From the NCBI GenBank assembly GCA_964580715.1, contig CAZOKU010000004.1, positions 1 through 55,362 on the forward strand: a stretch of 55,362 nucleotides of DNA. Reading direction: 5' to 3'. Under the pieces are notes generated by a model, which was not told the DNA's origin, did no database searches, and saw nothing but the letters and a program-made list of their open reading frames with translations. The position numbers and the translations under genes were made by a program. Every line of letters begins with the position of its first letter. The first letter of the stretch is position 1. This DNA comes from an uncultured Rhizobium sp. (lineage in GTDB: Bacteria > Pseudomonadota > Alphaproteobacteria > Rickettsiales > UBA1997). Below, in pieces: positions 5,946 through 13,329 of the stretch.

Positions 5946-8900
5946 CTAATATATTTCCGCTCTTGCGCCAAAATTAGAATTCGTCTCATCAGCAATTGAA
6001 AGCATCGCAAAGCCGCTGTTTTTTAGTTTGGTGATTAGTTTTTGCTCAATTTGGCGGGCTTGGCTTTTGCCAGATTTGATGCTGGTGTAGAAAAATTCGC
6101 ATTTTCCTTTGTTTCTGTGAGATATGACGCGGTGTAAAAAATTATCCGTTTCACCGGCATAATAAAAATTATTTGCGGTTTTTAAAACATAAACGATGCT
6201 GTGGCCAATGTCGTTTAAAGGCGGAGTTTCATTTTCTTTTAGGTTTTTTATTTGCGAAATTTCAGTTTCCGCTATTGCAGCTAAAATTGATTTTATGTGA
6301 TCAGTTGAATTTTTGCCGTTTAATTTCAAAAAAGATTCCACCAAATTATTTTCTTTAGCGCCCCCCACACCCACAGCATCTAAGCTTTCATAGCATTGCT
6401 CAATTTCTTTTGCTCGCGCAATTATTTTTTCATCAACGCCAATTTTTTCCGCAGTATAAAAAGCCGAAGAGTTTAAATCAAAGCCTTCAACAACATGATA
6501 AGTTGGAATATCGCCGTCACACTTCATTTTAATCAACCTAACATTTTGCAAATTCACTGCTTTATTCGCAAAAATTTCATGCCAGTGTGTAGCAAAAATT
6601 GAGCGAATATTTTTTTCTGCCAAATGCTCTAAAACACTTGCAGCAATTGCATGCCCAGCTTTTGACTCTGTGCCCTTCCCCAGTTCATCAATCAACAAAA
6701 AACTTTTTTTTGTAGCATCACGAAGTGCCACTTTTATGTCAGTCATTTCAACTGCAAAAGCAGAAAGACCAGCTTCTGGATCGTCACTGGCGCCAGTTCT
6801 GACATACCAGCCATCAATTGCTTGGCTGATAGAAAGTTTTTTTGCTGGAAACATAAAACCACAAGAACCAATCAGTGTTGCTGCAGCAAGCGACCTGATC
6901 AGCGTTGATTTTCCCGACATGTTATGTCCAGTAAGCAAACAAGTGCCGTTAAAATTAATGGAATTTGTAACTGCTTCAGACGACTTCATCCAGTAGGGAA
7001 AAAAGTCGGTGATTGCAATTGATGAATTGCCGTTTGGTTGTTCGTCATACTTCGACAAGCTCAGTATGACTGGCTTAGCTTCAACACAACCCATACCTTG
7101 TTTTTCCTTGGCATCATATCCCTTGGTGTCATACTGAGCCTGTCGAAGCATGACCTGCTCGGACTCTTCACAACATGCTTCGACAAGCTCAGCATGACCG
7201 CTAGTGTTTTCATGACCGATGCCTTCATCACCACCATTAAAAAAATTCAGCGTCCAACTTTTCACCTGGCATTCTTTGATATGCAAATAAAAAGTTTTGA
7301 GCAAATTAGAAAAAGTCGCAAGATGAATAATCGGCAAACAATAAGGCGAAAGCTCTTTTGCAGCTTGTTTCAAAATTTGTCTAATCGCTTCATGAGTTTT
7401 TATCGCAATATTTTTATATTCCGCCAAAACTTCCTCAACTTCCTTTACAGTCCAGCGATCTTTAACTTCTTTGCCATAACGATCAATTGGACGAATCAAC
7501 TTAAACTCTTCCACCGCTTTAGCCCCAACGCTTCCCAGCATCCAAATTGCATTATTATGAATATCGTAAGAAAGCGCGATTCGCTTAGATTTTTCCACCG
7601 TTTGAATTATTGGAATCAACTTTGTCGTTAAAATTTCTTCATATTTTTTTGCCAATTTTTCAGATTTTTCATATAAATCAGCGATTTCTTTGCTTGAAGT
7701 TTTGGCAATTCGCCCACGAAATTCTTCTTCAATGCGCTCAAATAAAGTTGCGGGAATCAGCTCGCTGCTTGGAACGTAAGGCGAATCTTCTTCCTTTGGC
7801 AAAATATCCGCTAAAATAGCGATTATTTTTTTCGCCGTATTTTGTAAAATTTTTTCTTCTGATTTGATCGAAGAAATATAAGAGACAATTTCTAAACTAT
7901 TTGCGATAAAATTTTGCGAAAAATTTTTCTGACAATTTAAAAAAATTTCTGCCAAACAAAATAAATCTTTCAAAATTTCTGGATGCGCCTCACTTTTATT
8001 CAAAGTTTTAATATATCTAACCGGATTTGACACAATCAAAATCGGCAAATTTTTATTCTCAGCCAACAGCTCTAAAATCGCCTGTCTCAGGCTATCCGCA
8101 TATTTCTTCGGCGGCGGATTAAGCAAAATATTGCGCACAATATATTTACAAGTTGCAGGGCTTCCTTTCGGCAACATCAAAGCCACTAAATCAGGAATTC
8201 CTTTTTTTGGCAAAATGCCAATTTGCTCTGCAGTTTGCTGATAAAGCGGATAAGGACAATCAAGGGTTTGCAAATTTTCAACTGTTGTAAAAGGAACATT
8301 TGCATCCAAACCCAAATCAATTTTTATCAACTCTTCCACGCGCGTGGCAAAAGCTTTTGAAGAATATCCACTAATTTTTACTAAATTCTGAAATTTCAAA
8401 TTTGCGGCATCACACAAAGTTTTAGAAATTTTGTCATGAACAAAAATTCGATTCATGCGCCCGCTATATTTATTAAGCCTGATGGTTGCTGCCTCTTCAG
8501 TTAATCCTTCCAAAATCAAAACCGTTCGCAAATCAGGATTAATTTCAAGCAACTTAACTCCCTTGATGCTTGTTGCAATTCCAAATTCTGGAGGCGCTTC
8601 TGGAAAGCAAATGTTGGCCTTGTGGCTCATCGCCAAACCATAAGTGTAAGTGGGCGATGACGGAGTTATAATTTCAGAAATAAATCTAACTTTGCGACCT
8701 TTTTTGTGAATGTCATCGGCTTGTTCACACACCACAACCGAAAATCCCGCTTCGGTTAAATCATTTAAAACCGCTTGAATGTTAGCAATTGGCATCCCCG
8801 CTCTTGGCCCTTTTCTGCCCATGCGATTGATGCCACAATGTTCCACTAAAAAAATCGAATCAACACCCCAAGTTTCATAAAATTCACCAATTTGAATCAA

Positions 8901-9143
8901 AACAATTTTTTGCGGATGAATTTTTTTAACGCGAAAAAGAAAATCAATGTTAGAATCCGAATCACCATAATTATGCTTAAAACCCTTCCAAAAAGGCTTT
9001 GCAGCATCTCCAATTCCAAGCGGCATGCTCGCGTCAAGATCTTGCATCATCCTTGTTGCAACTGGATGAGCAATAGTTTCAAATCGTGAATTCCAAAATG
9101 GTGATTGGATGAATAAATCATACGGAAGAGATTTTTTCACCAT
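5946..9143 (-). CDS. MutS-family protein with C-terminal GIY-YIG nuclease domain (plant MSH1-like architecture)
   Basis: N-terminal mismatch-domain motif IGEFYETWGVDS. Walker A TGHNMSGKST and Walker B FLLIDELGKGT, then THWHE. The C-terminus IVYVL-x6-FYYAGETDNFLHRVISHR...QIEQKLI has the GIY-YIG pattern. Confidence 0.8.
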   Translation of the reverse strand: MVKKSLPYDLFIQSPFWNSRFETIAHPVATRMMQDLDASMPLGIGDAAKPFWKGFKHNYGDSDSNIDFLFRVKKIHPQKIVLIQIGEFYETWGVDSIFLVEHCGINRMGRKGPRAGMPIANIQAVLNDLTEAGFSVVVCEQADDIHKKGRKVRFISEIITPSSPTYTYGLAMSHKANICFPEAPPEFGIATSIKGVKLLEINPDLRTVLILEGLTEEAATIRLNKYSGRMNRIFVHDKISKTLCDAANLKFQNLVKISGYSSKAFATRVEELIKIDLGLDANVPFTTVENLQTLDCPYPLYQQTAEQIGILPKKGIPDLVALMLPKGSPATCKYIVRNILLNPPPKKYADSLRQAILELLAENKNLPILIVSNPVRYIKTLNKSEAHPEILKDLFCLAEIFLNCQKNFSQNFIANSLEIVSYISSIKSEEKILQNTAKKIIAILADILPKEEDSPYVPSSELIPATLFERIEEEFRGRIAKTSSKEIADLYEKSEKLAKKYEEILTTKLIPIIQTVEKSKRIALSYDIHNNAIWMLGSVGAKAVEEFKLIRPIDRYGKEVKDRWTVKEVEEVLAEYKNIAIKTHEAIRQILKQAAKELSPYCLPIIHLATFSNLLKTFYLHIKECQVKSWTLNFFNGGDEGIGHENTSGHAELVEACCEESEQVMLRQAQYDTKGYDAKEKQGMGCVEAKPVILSLSKYDEQPNGNSSIAITDFFPYWMKSSEAVTNSINFNGTCLLTGHNMSGKSTLIRSLAAATLIGSCGFMFPAKKLSISQAIDGWYVRTGASDDPEAGLSAFAVEMTDIKVALRDATKKSFLLIDELGKGTESKAGHAIAASVLEHLAEKNIRSIFATHWHEIFANKAVNLQNVRLIKMKCDGDIPTYHVVEGFDLNSSAFYTAEKIGVDEKIIARAKEIEQCYESLDAVGVGGAKENNLVESFLKLNGKNSTDHIKSILAAIAETEISQIKNLKENETPPLNDIGHSIVYVLKTANNFYYAGETDNFLHRVISHRNKGKCEFFYTSIKSGKSQARQIEQKLITKLKNSGFAMLSIADETNSNFGARAEIY
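7044..7198. repeat. Three alternating-orientation copies of a ~27-nt palindromic core (GTCATRCT-GAGCYTGTCGAAG-YATGAC) inside the MutS-like CDS
   Basis: Copies at 7044-7070, 7128-7154 (inverted) and 7174-7198. The host frame stays open and translates them as VILSLSKYD, MLRQAQYD and GHAELVEAC. Confidence 0.85.
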
Positions 9144-9341
9144 TAATATAAATAAAGAGCGGATTTGCTTCTAGCTGTCGATTTATTTCAGTGGGAAATG
9201 AGTGAATTGCGAGAGGGAAAATTAAAATATTTTTACTGTGATTGTCAATTGAAAGTCTAAAATTTATTTAGTAATCATCGCATGCTTCACAAAAAAGTGA
9301 AACATGCGACCGTAAATTAAAACAAATTTGTTTAAAACGAT

Positions 9342-11933
9342 TTATTTTCTGCCTCGTTGGTTAGGCACAACTTTAGAAACGTCAGGCGCTTTAGGATCAG
9401 CAGCGGGGGAAACTTTAGCTCCTTCATTGTCTAACTCAGCGCCCGCACTAGCACCTCCTACAGCACCAGTAACAACAGCACTTTCATAAAAAAAAGAAGA
9501 AGCTGGAGGAGCGGAAGGAACAGCTGCACTTGCAGTTGCACCTCCGCCAGCACCACCTCCAGATTGTTTGGCGACAAACTGAGCTCTTCTTCCAATTCCC
9601 GTCCTGTCGCCAGCAGGAGCAACAATACCAGCACCTCTGCCTAATTCCTCATAACCAACAAGAGGAGGAGCGGAAGGAACAGCAGAGGAAGGAGCGGGAG
9701 TAACAGCGGCAGCACCAGCACTCGCACCTCCACCTCCTTTCTCATGACTATCAAAAGGATCCCATCCAGCAGCACTTCTATCAAAAAAAGAATAATCTGT
9801 AAGGGCTGAAGGAACAACTGCACTTGCACCTCTGCCTAATTCCTCATAACCAACAAAAGGAGGAGCGGAAGGAACAGCAGAGGAAGGAGCGGGAGGAACA
9901 GCGGCAGCGGCAGCACCAGCACTCACACCTCCACCTCCGCCTCCTTTCCCATGACTACCAAAAGGATCCCATCTAGCAGCACTTCCTTCAAAAAAAGGAG
10001 GAGCGGAAGGAACAGCAGAGGAAGGAGCGGGAGGAACAGCGGCAGCACTCGCACCTCCACCTCCGCCAGCACCAACACCTCCACCACGAGCTTTAGCAGC
10101 CCTAAGCGATTCTAACCATTCTTCTAAACTATGACCACTTTCACTAACAATACCTTTTTGCCATTTTTGGGAAAGCAATCTAACAGATTGTTCTATCATA
10201 GCGAAAGGACTTATAAGATAAGATCTGCCTTTTTTTGCAGGATCTTCTCCTTCTATTATTTTTTTAATCTCATCTTCCCTCTCATCATCCATTCTATATT
10301 CATTCAATACTTTAGCAATTTGTGCTATATCTTTACCCCAAATTTTCTCTATTTTATTATCAGACTTCATTTCAAAAAAAATCTGCAATATTTCCATTAT
10401 TTGACTTGTAGTTAGCACATTACTTCCAAAGAGTGGTATTCTTTTTTTAAGTTTTATCCCTTCACCCGTTCCCAACAACTCATTTGTGCAAAGCCGCTCA
10501 CCTTCTGAATGACCCATAAATAAACACCAAGTAGCCCCAGCAGAGTTCCCATCTCTATAAAGAGCCCTGGCAAAATCAAAATATTTCATTTCTTTAATAT
10601 TTTGACTCATAACCCATAAATAATTTCCTCTATAACTATCCAAAATATTCCATTTTGGATGAACTCCTTCATTGCGATCACTATTTCTTATAAATTCAAC
10701 AATTTTACTTGTTACTAGTTTAGAAGATTCTTCAAAATAGCGCTCCCTGTCTTCATATTCTGGAAAACCGAATACTGTTCTTCCATGATCATCGACTATT
10801 TGTCCATCCAAATAAATAAAAACAATGTGTTTTGCTTGTTTATTTCCTTCTTCAGCAGACTGCTTAAAATATTTATATGCTTTTCTTAGATCTTTTTCAA
10901 CCCCTTCACATCCTATAAAGTAATAAAAACCAATAATAAAATTAGCTTCTCCAAGCAAACTATTAAATTCATCATTCATCTTAGATCTCTTAAATTTCTT
11001 AAATGAATTTACGACCTCTTCAAAATTTAATAATGCATTTTTATGATCTTTCATTCCATGATATGCAAAACCAAGAAATAACTTTGCAACCTTACTATCA
11101 ACAGCTTTTGCAACCCTATTAAGTAAGGTGATCGCACGACCATATTCCCGATTAGCATTAAAAATCGCACCCATAAGAATCTGTGCATCCCGAGCGCCAC
11201 CTCGCGCAGCTTCTAAAATGAAATCTAATCTGCCTTGACATATACCGAGTCTATAAAGTGCATTTTGTCCAGTGCCCGTCTCGAAGGAGCTTTTCTGAAC
11301 ATCAAAAAAATATCTTTCTGCTTCACTTCTATACCGAGCAGAGTCTTTTCCCAAAAGGCTAATCATATCATAACAAACACCTAATATAAACTTCACTTTC
11401 TCACTTTTTTCTATCTCAAATGCTTTGTTCAAAGGTTTAACAGCCCTTTCAAGCCATTGCTCAGTATCTTTATTGAAAATCCCGTCAAGGTAAAACGATT
11501 CTAATACACCACGTATCAAAAATAACTGTGCATTAGTTTTAAAATGATTCTTCGTAGAAGAACCATCCATTAAAGTAGAACTTCCAAAAAAATAATTTGA
11601 TTCATCATTCACATAACTCCGTAGTTCGTCTAATGCTACATAGTCTAATAATAGAGAAGAAAGTTCCTCATCAATTTCTTTTACGAAAAATGGATAATTA
11701 AACAAATAAAAAATCATGGAAATAGCATAATCCTCTGGGTTATTATATCTGCGTCCAAGAGGGGTCATAGCAATTTTTCCTTTAACACTTTCAAGAATTT
11801 CTGGTTGAGGAAACGATCTTAGTAAATCTCTGTACCATTTTTTTTGATAAGCTTCTTCTTCTGATATCTTATCTGTTGCAAATGTAAGTGCTGGAAATTT
11901 AAAGGGTTCAACAGTTGCGCTAGGTCTTGTCAT
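9342..11933 (-). CDS. Sel1-like/TPR repeat protein with Gly/Ala/Pro-rich tandem-repeat C-terminal tail
   Basis: Sel1-type repeats (e.g. GFYYFIGCEGVEKDLRKAYKYFKQSAEEGNKQA). The C-terminal ~260 aa consist of repeats with APSSAVPSAPP and WDPF(G/D)SH(G/E)KGGGG. Confidence 0.7.
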   Translation of the reverse strand: MTRPSATVEPFKFPALTFATDKISEEEAYQKKWYRDLLRSFPQPEILESVKGKIAMTPLGRRYNNPEDYAISMIFYLFNYPFFVKEIDEELSSLLLDYVALDELRSYVNDESNYFFGSSTLMDGSSTKNHFKTNAQLFLIRGVLESFYLDGIFNKDTEQWLERAVKPLNKAFEIEKSEKVKFILGVCYDMISLLGKDSARYRSEAERYFFDVQKSSFETGTGQNALYRLGICQGRLDFILEAARGGARDAQILMGAIFNANREYGRAITLLNRVAKAVDSKVAKLFLGFAYHGMKDHKNALLNFEEVVNSFKKFKRSKMNDEFNSLLGEANFIIGFYYFIGCEGVEKDLRKAYKYFKQSAEEGNKQAKHIVFIYLDGQIVDDHGRTVFGFPEYEDRERYFEESSKLVTSKIVEFIRNSDRNEGVHPKWNILDSYRGNYLWVMSQNIKEMKYFDFARALYRDGNSAGATWCLFMGHSEGERLCTNELLGTGEGIKLKKRIPLFGSNVLTTSQIMEILQIFFEMKSDNKIEKIWGKDIAQIAKVLNEYRMDDEREDEIKKIIEGEDPAKKGRSYLISPFAMIEQSVRLLSQKWQKGIVSESGHSLEEWLESLRAAKARGGGVGAGGGGGASAAAVPPAPSSAVPSAPPFFEGSAARWDPFGSHGKGGGGGGVSAGAAAAAVPPAPSSAVPSAPPFVGYEELGRGASAVVPSALTDYSFFDRSAAGWDPFDSHEKGGGGASAGAAAVTPAPSSAVPSAPPLVGYEELGRGAGIVAPAGDRTGIGRRAQFVAKQSGGGAGGGATASAAVPSAPPASSFFYESAVVTGAVGGASAGAELDNEGAKVSPAADPKAPDVSKVVPNQRGRK
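9631..10085 (-). repeat. GC-rich coding tandem repeats (195-bp and 138-bp spacing) within the Sel1-protein tail
   Basis: AGGAGGAGCGGAAGGAACAGCAGAGGAAGGAGCGGGAG recurs at 9663, 9858 and 9996. GCACCTCTGCCTAATTCCTCATAACCAACA recurs at 9631 and 9826. Confidence 0.85.
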
Positions 11934-12096
11934 ATTTGTTTTTATTAAATTAAAAAAAATCTTTTCATTCTTTAAAAAAGCTGATACTTAAATAATATAA
12001 TGCTTTTGCAAGAAATTTAATTCACTATGGATCAATTCAAATCATGATTTAACCAAAATAAACCTTATAAAACAAGGTTTATTTTATCCTCAAAAC

Positions 12097-12525
12097 TTAC
12101 GGAAACAAGACCAAAACTACCGTCATCAAGCCAACCCCCAAAGCAAATTCCACTGGATGAAATGAAGATTTTTCCTGTAATTCAGCAGTGTTGCTTGCAG
12201 AAGCTTCTTGTGTCTTTGGCTCAACATTGCGATTTTTTTTCTTAAAATCAAAATTGTGATAACCAATAATAACAGCATCTCCCAAAACATCCGCCGCCAA
12301 GCAAACGCCAACTGAAAAATGCAGACCAGCTTTACAAACCCCAGCAAGAACAATGTCCCAGCCAATCATATATCCAGCTTCTTTCGCCAGCTTTTTCTTA
12401 TCAAGTTTTTTAGTTTCTTTAACTGTCTTTTCTGTTTTTTCCTGAGAAACTTTTTTCATCTCAGATGATTTTGAAGCGCAAGAAGAATTAATCACCAGAA
12501 CCAATATAATAAGTAATTTCCACAT
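12097..12525 (-). CDS. Hypothetical lipoprotein/membrane protein
   Basis: MWKLLIILVLVINSSC has a lipobox-like signal, followed by a Lys-rich linker and C-terminal hydrophobic segments. The ORF track extends the ORF to a TTG at 12549. Confidence 0.5.
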   Translation of the reverse strand: MWKLLIILVLVINSSCASKSSEMKKVSQEKTEKTVKETKKLDKKKLAKEAGYMIGWDIVLAGVCKAGLHFSVGVCLAADVLGDAVIIGYHNFDFKKKNRNVEPKTQEASASNTAELQEKSSFHPVEFALGVGLMTVVLVLFP

Positions 12526-12553
12526 ATTTATAAATTTTTGTTTAATCAAATAA

Positions 12554-12649
12554 AAAAGGGGTCAGACCCCTTTTCCCGTTATGGGACAAAGTCTCGATGC
12601 TGGGCCCAGTTGCGGGACGGAGTCTCCTGACTCCGTCCCCACGTTCATG
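12554..12649. repeat. Intergenic hairpin cluster: AAAAGGGGTC/GACCCCTTTT plus a GGGACGGAGTCTCCTGACTCCGTCCC-CACGTTCATG repeat unit
   Basis: Hairpins at 12554-12574 and 12614-12639. The second unit belongs to the family also seen at 45334-45377, with partial copies at 50621-50630 and 50754-50790. Confidence 0.75.
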
Positions 12650-12726
12650 TCCAATATTAAACAAGCAACTGAACAGTCCGTTGAAATCAAAAACTTTAAC
12701 CAACACCAAAGGTAGCCCCTTTACTT

Positions 12727-13056
12727 CTAAACAAAAATTCGCGGCGGCTCTTTATTTAAAGCTGATTGATTGGAAAAATAAGAAGGATCATTAAAAACAG
12801 CAATCCGCAGGTCAACTTTAGCAAAATTTATCTGACCATCCAAAAAAGCAAAATCAAAATGATGATGGTGATGACAAAAATCACAGTCAATCTGCTGCTT
12901 GTCATGATCACCATCAAAACCCACGGACGTATCAAATGCCACAGCATCTAACTTCAACACCTCAAAACTATCGCGACAATCCTCAAAATAAGATTTCGTA
13001 AAAACCGCCAAGACAACCACCACAAAAAGCGTTATACGAAATAAATAATTTTTCAT
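12727..13056 (-). CDS. Small secreted/anchored hypothetical protein with a Cys/His cluster (CDFCHHHHHFDF)
   Basis: N-terminal hydrophobic signal MKNYLFRITLFVVVVLAVF. Contains 3 Cys and a run of 5 consecutive His. No family recognised. Confidence 0.45.
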   Translation of the reverse strand: MKNYLFRITLFVVVVLAVFTKSYFEDCRDSFEVLKLDAVAFDTSVGFDGDHDKQQIDCDFCHHHHHFDFAFLDGQINFAKVDLRIAVFNDPSYFSNQSALNKEPPRIFV

Positions 13057-13147
13057 TTAATAATCAAAAGCATTTTAAAAAAACATAATCTCTCACCATT
13101 AAAACAGGTCTTCATATTAAATTACAAAGACCTTAATTATAAAGAAT

Positions 13148-13182
13148 GTCATCCTTGAAAGCCTTGACTTTCGAGGATCTCT
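13148..13182. repeat. Solo half-copy of the GTCATCCTTGA...TCGAGGATCTCT palindromic element
   Basis: GTCATCCTTGAAAGCCTTGACTTTCGAGGATCTCT aligns with 239-273. Confidence 0.7.
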
Positions 13183-13329
13183 TTATGCTACAACTGTTTC
13201 ATAATGAAACAGTCATTCCTCTTTAGCAAATCATTCCTAAAAAATAAGGTAAATGAATTCGCCATAAGCTAGTCTTTCTTGCCTTCCCGCCACACAGATC
13301 CATTATTTATCACATACATCACAATACAA

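Noticed and set aside
7038-7631. 197-aa plus-strand ORF antisense to the MutS-like gene (and similar antisense ORFs at 6670-6996, 7610-7819, 8455-8643 and 8892-9089)
   Set aside because: The minus strand carries clear MutS motifs across the whole region. The N-terminus of the plus-strand ORF is just the mirror translation of the palindromic repeat units.
9342-10100. Gly/Ala/Pro-rich tail as collagen-like or PE/PPE-like sequence
   Set aside because: There is no G-X-Y triplet periodicity and no PE/PPE N-terminal domain. The repeats are 46-65 aa units with distinct motifs.
12597-12794. 65-aa plus-strand ORF, and other short ORFs in the track (e.g. 12126-12365, 13587-13877, 24920-25363, 27070-27435, 36754-37314, 38859-39329, 52971-53753)
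   Set aside because: Each lies over intergenic repeats or inside, or antisense to, a CDS with strong family motifs. They show low-complexity or mirror-repeat translations. They are treated as non-coding.
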